Shown in pieces: positions 11,309 to 24,373 of a DNA stretch of 64,000 nucleotides. The notes below the pieces were generated by a model. That model was not told the origin of the DNA and ran no database searches. It saw nothing but the letters and a program-made list of their open reading frames with translations. Position 1 is the first letter of the stretch, and every line of letters begins with the position of its first letter. The position numbers were made by a program, and so were the translations under genes. This stretch comes from Podarcis vaucheri (Eukaryota), in the NCBI GenBank assembly GCA_965113315.1, contig OZ220363.1, one strand, 5' to 3'.

Positions 11309-14300
11309 GTGATGGGAATTGTGGTCTAAGTCCCAAAGACCCATCAGCCTGACAGATCACAAGCCAAGAGAATGAGTGCTCACCTGACAAAGCAATACCC
11401 AACTAGTCTCACAATCCTTTACCTCCAATGAAGGCTGATAGCATATGTGAAGCATTCTAAGAGGCAGTGAGAATGGCAACTTTTTGAAAATATATGGAAA
11501 GGCACCATCCTGTTTGACTCAAGGCTGCCCACTTTGAACATGTGACGAATCACTGAAATATCTCCATTGAGAATATTGCTGAGAAGAGCTAGCTGACAGC
11601 CCATCAACAAATCAATTATGCAGAACACCCATGCAGCCAGTTAGGAGCAGGAAGTGCCAGGTCAGTCTCAAGCTGGCTGCTCTCAAAAATCTTCATTAGT
11701 GGTTTTGGAGGTGAAAATACATTGCAATATTGATCATGTTCACGGATCAAACAAGGAGGGCTTGCGAAAACAGCAGGTAAATGGAATCACTTAGTGACGG
11801 AGAGACCTCAGCCAAATGGATGAGTTTAAATGGGATGAGATTTAATTTAGATACAGTAAATGTAAAATACTCTATAATAGCACCCAGCATGGGGATGCAT
11901 AATAGAAAAGTATTACCTTTCTCTTTAGGCAGCCCAGAAAAAGGATTGGTTGGGGCGGCTAGACAACATACTGATAGCTGCAAAGGACAAGGCCCAGCAA
12001 TGTGACAGAGCTCCCAAGTGCGATGAACAGAATGGGATTTGTAAGGAAGGAGAGCTGTCGGATAACATATCTGATTATCTCCTTGATATACAATGAGAGG
12101 GCATACATCCTTGGAAGACACCCTTCTAGTCTAAAACGTTTGGACTTGCATGTCTCTTGAAAAATAATTAATATTAGGAAGTGGTCCTAGGAATGAAAAG
12201 CTGCCCCAGAAAATCTAGATATAAAGGTGTATAGCATTAGTGAGCACATCATAAAAGCATGCAGATTTTATATATCACGGACGTATGGTGAGCATTTCTC
12301 TGGCTTACATTCATCCCTTATGGCCTTCTGAGTCATTATATGTTCTTTTCTTGGGATAAGCCTTGTGCCTGAATATAATGAGTACAGGTTTTGCTACACC
12401 ACGTAGAACAAACCAAACATATGGATCTTAGTGCAGATGGAGCACTTTGAGGACTGATATACAGACCAATCAAAATATAGGACAAGTCAAAATGTGAATG
12501 AGCCCATTGCCCCATGATGCATTTCTTCCTGTTCCGAGACCGAATCTATGGAACAGTCCTCCAGCAGAGACTCCTCTGAATGTATCCTCCTTGGCTTTTG
12601 GGAAGGGTGCCTGTTTTCAGCAGCAGAGAGAGTCATGCCTTGCTCGTGAGTGAATGGGTGCTGGGTGAAATATACAGTGCCTCTAGGTCCTCTGTGAGTT
12701 TTGTAGCTGATATATTTGTGTGTTGTTTTAGCTATGTGATTGTTGTGAGCTGCCTCATGCAGACTGGAGAGAAGTGGGAGGCAAGCCTATTAAAAGAAAG
12801 CAGCCAAATAGCCATTGCGAAGTGGATACTTGGCAGCACACCGGGGGCAGGAAATAAAATGTGAATTGTGAGCTGCAGGTTGCGATGTAGTAAAATCAAC
12901 AGCAAGGCTCCCATTGTTTTGTTTTGCTTTGAATGGGAAGTGGGTAGCTCCATGACTGTGCTTGGAGGTCGGGAGGATCTCCTCGTTTCAAATATCATTT
13001 TAAACAGGGCACCATGTCCGCAGACAGAGGAGGAGGTGGCCTGCTTCCTTCATTTTCCTGCCAAGAGAGGGCTGGGAAGAAGGACTTGGTTTTGGAGGCA
13101 AAGGGGAGAATGCTCTTCCACTGGGCCCACTTGGCAGAATGGCAGCGGCAGGTTGCAGTGGGTGGAGGTGGGAGACTGTTTAAATTGGAGAGATCATTAT
13201 CTTGGCTGGGCAGGAATCTTTTATTGCGCGGAATCTGCTCCTTACTGCTCACAAGTGCCCTGAAAAGTCTCTTTGTCTGCAATAGGAGTGATTAGAAGGT
13301 AAAAACACACACACACGAGAGGGGGGGGGAGAGAGAGCTGCCAAGCCTAATGGGCTCCGTGTGCGAGAGAGAATAGGAACCCACCACAATGCTAAGGGGA
13401 ATGTGCTTCCCTTCTAGCAAATGAAGGCAATCTTCAAATTCCCTGCTAGTTAAACGGCCCTCTGAGACAGAGTGATTCACCGAATCTATGTGCCAGAGAC
13501 ATGCTATACTTGCTGCTTGCATGATTTCAGTTATTTAGTGAAGAAAATAACCTTCCCACCCCAAAATTGACCTTTCATTTGGACTGTGTGGGTGTTTTAT
13601 CTTTCCTGCCCATTCCTCCCCCCGCCGCCATAAGTCATAAGATACCACCAGCATTTTCTTGGCTGCTGTTGATGACATGGCTTTAAAGAGCGGTTAGGCT
13701 TCTCTAAATACTCAGCAGCTTGGCCAGATTCCAAGGAAGAAACGAATTGAACCAAACATGCGACCCTTTCTCGCCCTGCTGACTGAGGGGAAGTGGGGGG
13801 GGGAGGGTTGCAGGAGCGCAGCTGACAGCCCCACACAGCCCCAGCGACTGCCGAGGAAAGCTGCCAGGACCACTCCCTGCCAGGGCTCCTGCCTAAACAA
13901 ACTGGATGGACTGCTAGACTCATCAAGGTTCCACACTCCCTCTCTGGGCCATACGATCATGGCATGTGCATCCTTCCGAGAGCTACTTGGGCATCGTGGC
14001 AAACAGTGCCATCCTGCATAGAATTATGCCCCTGCTGAGTTGTGTTTACTTCCAAGGGGTGCCCGGGGGCCACACCTGCTGTTGGCCAACCTCCCAAGGC
14101 TGCATATCAGTGGAGGACGTGGCCAAAACAAAAGTGGTCTTTGCCAAAGACCGAGCATGACCACACACCCGACAGGCTGGTATGAATATGCAAACCCTGC
14201 TCTTCCACTGAGCAGCGAAGTGGGGTGTCCTCCCCATTGCAGCGCTGTGAAAAGACGTTCCTCTTCTCCCAGCCCAGCACTGCCGTGGGGAGGAGAAATC

Positions 14301-17300
14301 AGTCCTGCTGTTCTTCAATCTCCAAAGAGCACAGACAGTGATTTTCCTCTCTATCGCAGACCAGAAGGGAGAGAACTACCCCTTCATAAATTTGCTTGCC
14401 AGTAAGCTGCTCCTGCTCAGTCCTGGTATCTCCACTACACCTTGAGGGAACTGAAATACTAGAAACAAAAATATACAACTGAATAGCCCCAGCACAGGAC
14501 TACTGCAACTTGCCAGAGCTGTTAAGAAAGCCCAAACCCTAAGCACAGCTTCAGAGGGTCTGCCCAGTGACCCTCCCTCAGTGCACCTCAGAGAAACAGG
14601 GCCTTTTCAGGAGTGGCACCACAGCTGTGAGGCTTCCTTTCTTAGGAGCTCCACCACATACCTTCTCAGTTTAAAATGGGCTTTGAAAATGCTTTTATTC
14701 CAAAAGGATGGATGACTTTATCGTCTCCGAGATGCATTAGCTCTCAGTATACTTAGTACAGTATTTTAAAAATAAATATGGTTTATTATTGTGCAGTTAT
14801 TTCAATTACTAAGATTCCATGTGGGAATGTTTTACCGAAAGGCAGGTTGTCAATCAAAGTAAATAAGTAAAATGTGAGTGTTGCCAAGGACTGAGCTTGC
14901 TGTCAAGTGCCCCCCCCATGCATATATTTAATATTTGCAGAGTCCTTTCAGCCACTGTTTCCCTGCTAGAACACTGTGAGGTTGCAAAATATTGTTAGCC
15001 TCTTATTCTCAATGAAGTGTGGCTGGGGCCGAAGGATACTTTATAGGTTGAGCATGTGCTTCCAGCTTGTGTTTTTGCGCAGTGTGCTCTAAAACAGAAT
15101 ATTTTTCTTGTCCTTGTGGAGCAGCTGCAAAGAAACTCCTTTCTTCCATCATTGCTGCATCACTAGATGCCCCCTACAAGATTGCAGAGCTCTTTAGGAT
15201 TCTGAAGGGCAAGGAACAGGATTAAGGGGAGCAAGCAAGCAAGCAAGCGAGCCACCTATGCTTAACTGCAAAGGAGCAAAAAAGGTTGGGGCATGTGAAC
15301 GAAGTAACACCCTGTAGGGGGCTTGCTCTCACTTTGTGCAGGGCTTCACCCCTCCCCTGCATTCACCTGGTCCTCCAGCTTTGTGCTTGCCCCCTCCCCC
15401 TGGCATCCTCTCATTTTGTGTCCAGTTTATGCTGCACGGCAGAAGCAGTGTGAGAGACTTGCTCTGCTTCCAGACTACCTAAGGACCTTGTGCAAACTGA
15501 TATCATACCCACCCCATCCAAGATCCTTTATGCATCCCAGGGGTCTTGGAGGAGCCAGATCTTTCTCCTTGGTGGGAGGTCAGAGGCATAATAGACCTGT
15601 CCATGCCAGCCAGCATCTTGCTGCCTTGTATGATCATTGTCTTTCCTCCTTTTGAAAACCATTTGCTGCATCTCCATGCTAAGAAGAGATGCACCTGTTG
15701 AATATCTGCCTTTAGCACACCTTTGAAAATAAGTCTCTTCCCCCCATGTGTGTGTGTGTCTGCTATACCTGATTGGCACTGAACAGCCAGTGCTGTTAAT
15801 ATCAACAAAAACATTTGGCTCAAGAGCCTGTTCCATTAATTACCACAAGTGGAAGAACATCAGGGTAATTAAACAGGGTTATGAAAGGGTAGTTATCGCT
15901 GATTAAAAGGGGAAAGTTGCTGAAAGTGTTTCAACAATCCGTTGGTGAAGGGAGAGAAGGGGATTCACCTTTGGTACTTACTCTTTTTAAATTGGTGACA
16001 TATGGTCAGATGTGTTACGTTACCATATTGCCAGCAGTTATGCCACCACCTGAGCCTGTTTTGTTGTCATCTGGCTGGGAACCAGGCCATGATCAGCCCT
16101 GGTGCTGGTCTCCTATTGGCCAGTGGGAAGCTATTTGTACAGTAGCCTACATTCCAGCTAGGCAGAGGTCATGTCCCCATCCTCCATCCAGGTAAGCAAA
16201 AAGCATCATCAGACTTCAAGGGCACCTTCCAGCCACGCAAAAGCAGTTGAGAGAGGAGAGTGCAGAGCATTGCCAGGGAGGCTTTCTGGAAAGGTGGTGT
16301 TGCCTGGGGAGAGTCCCAAGAGGGGGGTGGGGGTGGGGAGGAACAGAGGTAGCTGCATCCGGCCAGAGATTTCCCATCCAATTTAAGATGATGAAAAGTG
16401 ACCTGAGCCAAAGATGATGCAGACTTAATAAAGTAACTTTCTCCTCTGCAGTTTTAACCCATATTTAATGGCAGCAAAGACAGAGTGAACCTCTGCACGG
16501 AATTTTTAGTCATAGATGACTTGGGTTCAAATTCTACATTCTCAGCTGGCAAGAGTCTTTGGGCAGGTTTTTGGGTTTGGTTTGGTTTGCCTCATGTCTT
16601 CACCATGTGAAGGGAAAACAATTCCAGCCCATCTCAAGAGGATAAAGATCCAGATTGGCAAGCACATCGCATGCCATTTTAGAGAACAGTGTTCACACCT
16701 TTGTTATACCTATCGCACTCAAAGCCTAAGTTGTCACTTCAATAAGCAGACAGATCCCGCTTTTACCAAATTGAGATAGTCACTGCTCTGGCTCAGGTAA
16801 ACCAAGGATGGGGAGCACGAGACACACACCCCATGTTGTTGAGCCAGGGCTCTCATCTATACCAAGCCACTGGCTTGGAATTGATGAGAGCTGGAGCCAA
16901 TGAATGGCTGGAAGGCCGTGGCTTCTCTATCCTTAGAGAGCTGGAAAAGTGTCACTGAACACATCAATGCCATGGGTGGAGCACTAGATTGAGACTTTCT
17001 CCGCTGACAATTCACTACTGAAGGAACGGGGTCCTTAAGAAAAGATACTTTTTGATTCAGGATTAGCAATGAATCACACAGAGAGACACAGAGACATCTT
17101 GGCTGATAAGAACACCAGCCTAGTTTGCTTTCCACTGCAGGAGAGAGGGTGGCTCAACTTGTGCTGTGGTGGCAGTGGATGATTCAGTAACCACAGCTGC
17201 AGGACACAAGGCAGATGCAGAGTTCACTGTAAGGACAAACAAAAGCAGCACTCCTTGCTCTTAGCCTGCAGCATGCTATGTTTGGCATTTAAATATACAT

Positions 17301-19646
17301 ACTTGTGTAATGTCAAGCACCACCTAGTGGTCAGATGATGGAAATGAATGAATGGCAAAATAAGGTTTTTCCCATTTCTGGAGATGCACATATGTGCACA
17401 TAGGTTTACAACTAGTCTCTTCTCATGCCCACGTATTTGTGACCTTGGAGAAAACCACACATTAGTTTGCGGGTGGTGTTTTGTTTTGTTTTTTAAAAAC
17501 TCTATTAAAGCTATAATTCTATAAACAATTTAAAGCTATAAATTTAAAGTTATAAAAACATTATACAGTGCTCCCGTCTAAACATTTCGACATGAAATTG
17601 AAATGCTTCACTTTTACTAGTTGAAGGGAAAACTGTCTTGAATGAAGGTCCATCAAAAACAAGCAACATACTAGCAGTGCAATCCCGTGTCTAATCAGAA
17701 TCAAGACCCTATGAGCTCCATTGGAGGGACACCCCTGGAAATGTGAATCAAGTTGCAACATAAAGCATGCATAATTGCCACGTGAATAGTATTGCAATGC
17801 TGAAAATCTCAAACTGCCCCTAAGAATCAGGTAAAACAGATGCTAGACTTGGGGAGCTAAAAGGTTAGGGTGGGGGGAGGAAATACCATGTAGTAGATGT
17901 GGGACTTGAGCTTCCCAGGAATGGAACTGGCTAGAATTTCAGCAGGAGTTGCTTGCATGACAAGCTACAGTTGCTGAAATCCCCTCTTCTATCCCAACAG
18001 TGAAAGGTTGAAGGATATCCTTCTCCTTTTTTGCACCTCAAGCTACCATGGCAGAGGGGCATTTTCATCCAATGAATGTTGGAAGGAATGCTTTTATCAC
18101 AAGCACATTTCCTCTCCTATATGGCAGAGAGATTAGTTTATTCGCCTAGAAAACAAAGCCAGCTCACCTAGCCGTATTTTTCAAAAGGTCTAATTGATTA
18201 AGTCGTCCCTACAGTTAAATTATGCTGCTCCTTGCTACCAGTGGCTGCTAAACACTTTCTCTTATCAGAAAAGATATCAGAAGCAGCTGTGGGCTCAGCA
18301 GACCAATCTGAACCCATCTGAAGCAGAGACAGTTCAACCAAAGGCTGGATATTTTAGTTTCATTGATACTCTGCAGAAACATCACATCACATCAGCCAAG
18401 CACATGAAAGCAAGAGTTCTCTCCCAGATCTGTAGTAAAGCTTTCTCTCTTGAAGTATCACACTATTGACAAACCAAACCCAGCCAGTTCATTGGCCACA
18501 CGGAGACCAGAAGTCAGTACAAAGAAAGTAATAAGCATGACCAAGTCCGGCCTTTTTCTGCTTAAAAAGGAAAATGATTTAGTACCTGGATGAGATAACT
18601 CTTCACACTGCTTGGCTGGCACTGTTAACTACTTTTTCTCCCAGCTTGTTGGGGCAGAGCATTCACTGCAGCTGAACCATATTAGTGGCAAATGGAACTA
18701 GTTGGTGCCTCCTTCCAGGTGCTTTTTAGAGAATTAATATGCAGGTTTGCTTCTTTCCCTTTGTTCCAGGCTGCATGCACACCATAAATTTGAAGCAGAT
18801 GGTTTCCCCAATGAATACTGGAAATTGTAGTTGCCCTCTCACAGGGCTACAATTCCCAGTACTCTTAAAAAAAAAATACAGTGTCCAGGATCGGGGGGGG
18901 GGGGGGAGAGTCATATGCTTTACACATGCATTGAATGGTATGCTACAGTGCAGAAACTATGGGTGTATGAATGACTGTAATCCCAGTTTCAAAAATAGTG
19001 AACCAATCCAGAGATGGACATGGGATTCACTCATTAGGTTGAGTTTCTGGTGTGCTTCTGATGCACAGCAGTCTGGGTTGCACAAGAGCCTGCTTCTATT
19101 ACATCAAGGGTGAGGTTTGCGGGGAGGGATCATCAACCTTAGGGGACCACTGGGCACATTTGGAATTTGGAGAGTCACAAAATGGCTGCCAAGGGGCCCA
19201 GAAGAAGAACACAAAATGAGTGCCACATTTAAAACAACAGAAAGAGAGACAGGACCACAAAAGTGTGGAGTAGGTATGGGTCCCCAGCAATCTGCATCGG
19301 TCACCACTGCTCTTTCTTCAGAACCGATGGGAAGGGTGGGTGTCTAATCCTGGCATCCAAAAAACATGCTCATCTTTCAAGTGGCAGCATATTCGATGCA
19401 GGAGACGCCAAGTCAGAAATAGGAACTGAGCAGTGCCTCCAGCACTTTGTGGATTTTTCAGGAGATATTGACTGAGACATCATAGGAGGTACTGTCAGGC
19501 GCATCGTGTGATGCACAAATATTTGAAATATAGTAGTTGACAATCTCCCAGACCCCCGTCCCTGTTACCGATGAGGTGTTTGGCTACTCCGCAAACCCAC
19601 GTTATCACTTCGGCCTCACACAGGACAAAATACAGACAATATTAGC

Positions 19647-19652
19647 TTTATT
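19647..19652 (-). terminator. Probable CD151 polyadenylation signal (3'UTR about 19630-22196)
   Basis: AATAAA on the minus strand followed by the GU/U-rich tract attgtctgtattttgtcctgtgtg. Confidence 0.6.
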
Positions 19653-22196
19653 GGCCAGCAACATAAACTGTATTTAAAGCATGGTTATTATATGAGGAAA
19701 AACCAAAGAGCAAGCACAGATTGCTGACTGGCAACCCCTGGCCCTCTCTTACCATGGCACAATATAGTTCCCCAGTGGAGGGAGGTGGAGAGAAAGCTAG
19801 CCATCCACACAAATGCACTTCAGTAGTCAAATACTCTTTCAAGCAACTGCAATCAGGACCTTCTGTTTTCTTGCAGGTTGGGGAGTGGGGAGAGAAACAT
19901 CAGGTAGGTATAAAGAAATAATTTAGCAATTTAATTTGTAATAATTAAATTATTACAAATGCTCACCCACCTTTACAGTGAGAATGGCGCAAAACCTTTC
20001 TCCTGCAAAGACGTTTACCATGTGTGATCATGCTTTACACCTCCCCAGCTGCCTCCTGAACCTCCTGAGCAAAGCAGCCAAGAGGACACTCCAGTTTTCA
20101 CTGCACCCATGAGAGGCAATTATGTGACATGGACTTTCTTGGGTGGTGTGTTTATATTAAGTGCTTGCCTATCAGAGCCCACAAAGGGCTGGAGATGGAA
20201 TTACCTTTAGTCTCTACTTTAGTTGGAGAAAGTCACATCTAGCCAGCTAAGGAAAATCCTGGAGTGTAAGACTAGGTTCCCAGTTTGGGCAAAACCTGTA
20301 TACGTTGGCCTTTGGTGGTGATGGTGGGGGCTTAGATCAACTTTCCACAGCCTGATGCCCTCCAATGTTGTTAGGACTCCCAACTGCTATCGTCCACAGT
20401 AAGGTATGATGGAAGCTGGGAGTCTGGCAATGTCAGGAAGGCACCAGAGACTGGGCAAAAGCTTCCTTAGGCCATGTGACTGCTCTTGCCCCCAACCAGG
20501 TATGTGAAAGGGGACAGGGAAGAATGGGCTATGGAGGGGCATTGCAAGAGCTTCAACGGAACCTATAGAATGCCAATACACAAGCGGCCACACTGTTTAC
20601 TCGGGAGACTTTCAGTGGGATAGGAGAGGGATGGGGGTCCATATATTGGACTTCAACGACCATCAGCCACCAGCTACTATTACCAATGGCCAGGAATGAT
20701 GGGAGCTGTAGTCCAACATCTGGAGGGCCCACCTGGTTCCCCATCAGTTACAGGAAGTATATTCTTCAGCATGCTGCTGTTGCTACAATGGACCACAAAT
20801 GAGGCGTGGGGAAAGCTGTTAAATGGAAGAGGTACCTTACTGAAATCAAAATGTGAGGCAGTCGTGAAACAGGTCAATGTAAGAATGGGGAAGGAATACT
20901 TGGACACGGGCTATACAAACAGGATCTGGACACCTACTCTATCAAGGATGCTTTTAGTGTTTCTAAAACATATTCTGTGAAAACCTTTAGAGTGGGTGAA
21001 TTCTTGGGAAAACTAGCAAATCTGCTGTTGGAAGCCATTCCTAGAATAGCCTCCTCTACAGCAGGAGAGGCAACTGCTGTAGATACAAAAAGATACCGGC
21101 CACTTTCTCTCCTTGCACCAAATAGTTCAATTTGCAATTTTATGCCTTACTGCCAATTGAAATCATTTTGGTATGAAGCATACTCAGTAAATTAATGAGA
21201 GAGGGGAATAGGAGAGCTGAATTCTGGGTTTTCATGCCAGCCAGAGAGTACCTGGCTGGCTAATCAGACTTTGAAGATCAACACAAAAGCAAGTAGAAGT
21301 ATGTTCTCCCCAGTTAAATGATGTGTCATTCTGGAAGTGGATGCTCATTCCTATGAAAAGGGGAGCTGCACAATTCCACAGAGTCGGGTTATCTTGACAG
21401 CACAGTTGAGGAAGGAAGCCATTTCAACAGAAAGCTTATTGTTTGTGTGTCTGTTGGAAAAAGTAGGCCAAGGCTTCTAATTAAGAGAACAAAAGAACGT
21501 CCTCCAACACCTGGCCTGAAAGGCACAAGACTCGTCTCCAGGGGGGCCTCCTGTTGGGGCAGAGGGAAGGCCCTGAGGATGAAGCAGCCGACTTTGTGGG
21601 TAACCTAGTCCATCCATCTCTCAGGCACAACCTCAAGGAGATCGGGAGAAGAGATTACCCAGCAGAAGGAGGCACTGCCTTGGATGGGAAAGAGCCATTG
21701 CATCAGAACTTCCACTGGTCCAGAAAGGCACTTCTTCTGGGTGCAGAAAGAGAGGATTTAAATCTCCCAACCTGTGAATGCCTTCTGCATCCTTGTGGGC
21801 TAGTTGTCAGCCGATCGGAGAGTCAATGTCTTGGTTAAAAGAGAGCTAAAAGGGAAACAGGAAAGGTGCCAGGCCCCCTGGCAGCGTTGATGATCTCTCT
21901 TTCAGATTGAATGCTTGGGCCTGGGCTTGGAAACATTTCTGGCAGATAAGAATTCTACAACTCCATGACTCTGGACCACAAAGAAAAGACTGGGTGAGCC
22001 CTGGGCCTCCACGACTGCCATAAGGAGGACAACTGATCTCTCTCTCTCTCTGGCAGAGGCACTGGGTGAGAATAAGTTTCCTTAAGCAGCAGAAGTCCTT
22101 GCGAGGTTGAATTTTTCTGTGCTGCCGCCTAAAAGGATAGGGTGATGGGATGGAACGTGGTGTAGTCAAGCAGGTGGGGTGGTCTTCCAAGCTTCC

Positions 22197-22256
22197 CTAG
22201 TAAGGCTCAGATTTCAAATTCCTGTACAAACAGCAAGTGAAGAGCATCCCAAATAT
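22197..22256 (-). CDS. CD151: CD151 last coding exon (60 nt including TAG)
   Basis: gccttctag|ATA TTT GGG ATG...CCT TAC TAG; encodes [19 protein letters not shown]. Confidence 0.95.
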   Translation of the reverse strand: MFGMLFTCCLYRNLKSEPY

Positions 22257-24268
22257 CTAGAAGGCAAAAAAACAACAACAATGGGTGAGCAACTGAAGAA
22301 GCAATGCATCAAGCCATGTATCTCAGCACCTCTTCATTCTTCTCACATGGGACAGAATGTTGGTCCCTTGCAATCATACAGAGTTTTGCAGTCAGAAGGG
22401 ACCGATCTTCCAATATGGGCACAGAGAAAATATGACCTGAAACCTCAGCAGGTGAACCCTGAAGCCTGGGCAAGCTCAGTGGTCTGTAGCTCGGGGACAG
22501 CATCTCGCTTTCACACAGAAGGTCCCAGTCTCAGCTTACAACATTTCCAGGTATAGCTGACCCCTGTCAAAAACCCCGGAAAGCCACTGCCTCTCAGTTA
22601 CCGCTCAATGAACCAAAATCATGACTTCGTAGAAGGTAATTTCCTATGCTCCAGCAGGGCAGCTCAGCTGTAACAGAGATGTGAGGCTGCAAGCAAGGGC
22701 ATTCCTTTGGACAGCTGGTAATAGCTGTTTTCTGTAAGAAGTAAAAGGGAAATCTCGCCCAAGTGAGAAAGAGCCAGTCCTGAGTGAACTGCACTTTACA
22801 ATGACAGCTGCAAAGGCATGAGAGGAAGGGAGAAATGCACTGGTTCGGCATTAAGATTGCATTAAGATCACTGCACATTTCACCTTTGGCCATTTAAAAA
22901 AAAAAGGAAAAGGAAACATTCTCATAATTATTTGAAATGGGAAGAGAAGAGAGAAATCGAGCAATGGATAGTTACTATGTGATGGTCAAAACTCCCAAGA
23001 TATCACTGTGGGTTATTCTGGTAGTGTTCTGAATTTTAAGAAAAAGAAGTTATTTTAAAACAGGGGTCAGCAAACTTACTGCGCCTCGGGCCAGTGTCTC
23101 CAGCGCCGATTGTGCGGCGGGCCAGAGAGTCGAGGAGCGTGTGCCCATACATGTGCGCACACGCTATTTCTGGCACACCTCCGGGTTGGAGAAGCACCAG
23201 AAATAGCTTGTGCGCATGTGCACAGGCCTCCCCCGACCCGGATGTGCACCGGAAATAATGCTTGTGCATGCGCAAATAACGCTTGCACATGTGCAAATAA
23301 CCCTTGCGCATGTGCACAAGCTATTTCTGGTGCTCCTCCAATCCGGAAGTGGGCAGCTGCGCAGCACAGCACCGGTAAGAGCGGGCAGTGGCAGCGGGGG
23401 TCACCGCGGGCCAGATAAACGAGTCCCTCGGGCCTTATCCAGCCCGCAGACCTTAGTTTGGGGACCCCTGTTTTAAAAGCATCCCCTTCTAATTACACTG
23501 CTCAGTCTGAGCAGCTGTTGGGACAAATCACCACTAGAGGCTGCCTTCTCACTGCTTTACAGAAAGATTTCTGTTTTTCACAACCTTCCCTTCAGTAAAT
23601 AGTATGTTGGTGTGTTTTTTTTACTGAGTCATTTGTATCTAGAGTTGGCAACCTCAAACCTTTAGAAGCACCTCCATCCCTTACTCTATAAGCTGTAGGA
23701 TTTTTTTAAGCACACAGGTTATTAGGGATTTACATGTGTATGTTTTTGGAAAATTGCCACTTTAAAATGATTGTGGGGGAGACATTCTCTCAATTTTACA
23801 GTGAATCAGATAACTCACATCTAAGAAAACACCACCAAAGCTGGTTTCTACTGTAGCTTCTTAGTAGGGAACCCAGGGTGTGGGGAGGGCCACATTCCAT
23901 TCAGGGCAACTTTCTGAGGGCCACTTGCCAGGGTCAAAGGTTAATATCAGGCATGTAAACAGTCCTTTGCGTGGTTGCTTGTATTGAGTGGGAATTGTCT
24001 CCAGTTAGGGAAGCAATTTGAACGCTGAAAGCAAGCCAACTTTTGAGGCCATGAATGAACCACAAATGGCAAGACAGGTAAGTGCAGGTATGCAGGCTGG
24101 CAGGCAACTTTGGGGGGGGGGGAGCTAGTAACTTTTGAGAACTCATTAGCAATGCTAGTTAATATACTGTGCTCAGCCAACACACTGGCTTCAGAAATTC
24201 ATGATTGCCACAAATCATGGAGATATAGAAACTTGCAAAAGAAATAGGCATGGGTGAGAATATTCACA

Positions 24269-24309
<41 letters not shown>

Positions 24310-24332
24310 ATGTGAGATGATACTTGAGCTTA

Positions 24333-24373
<41 letters not shown>

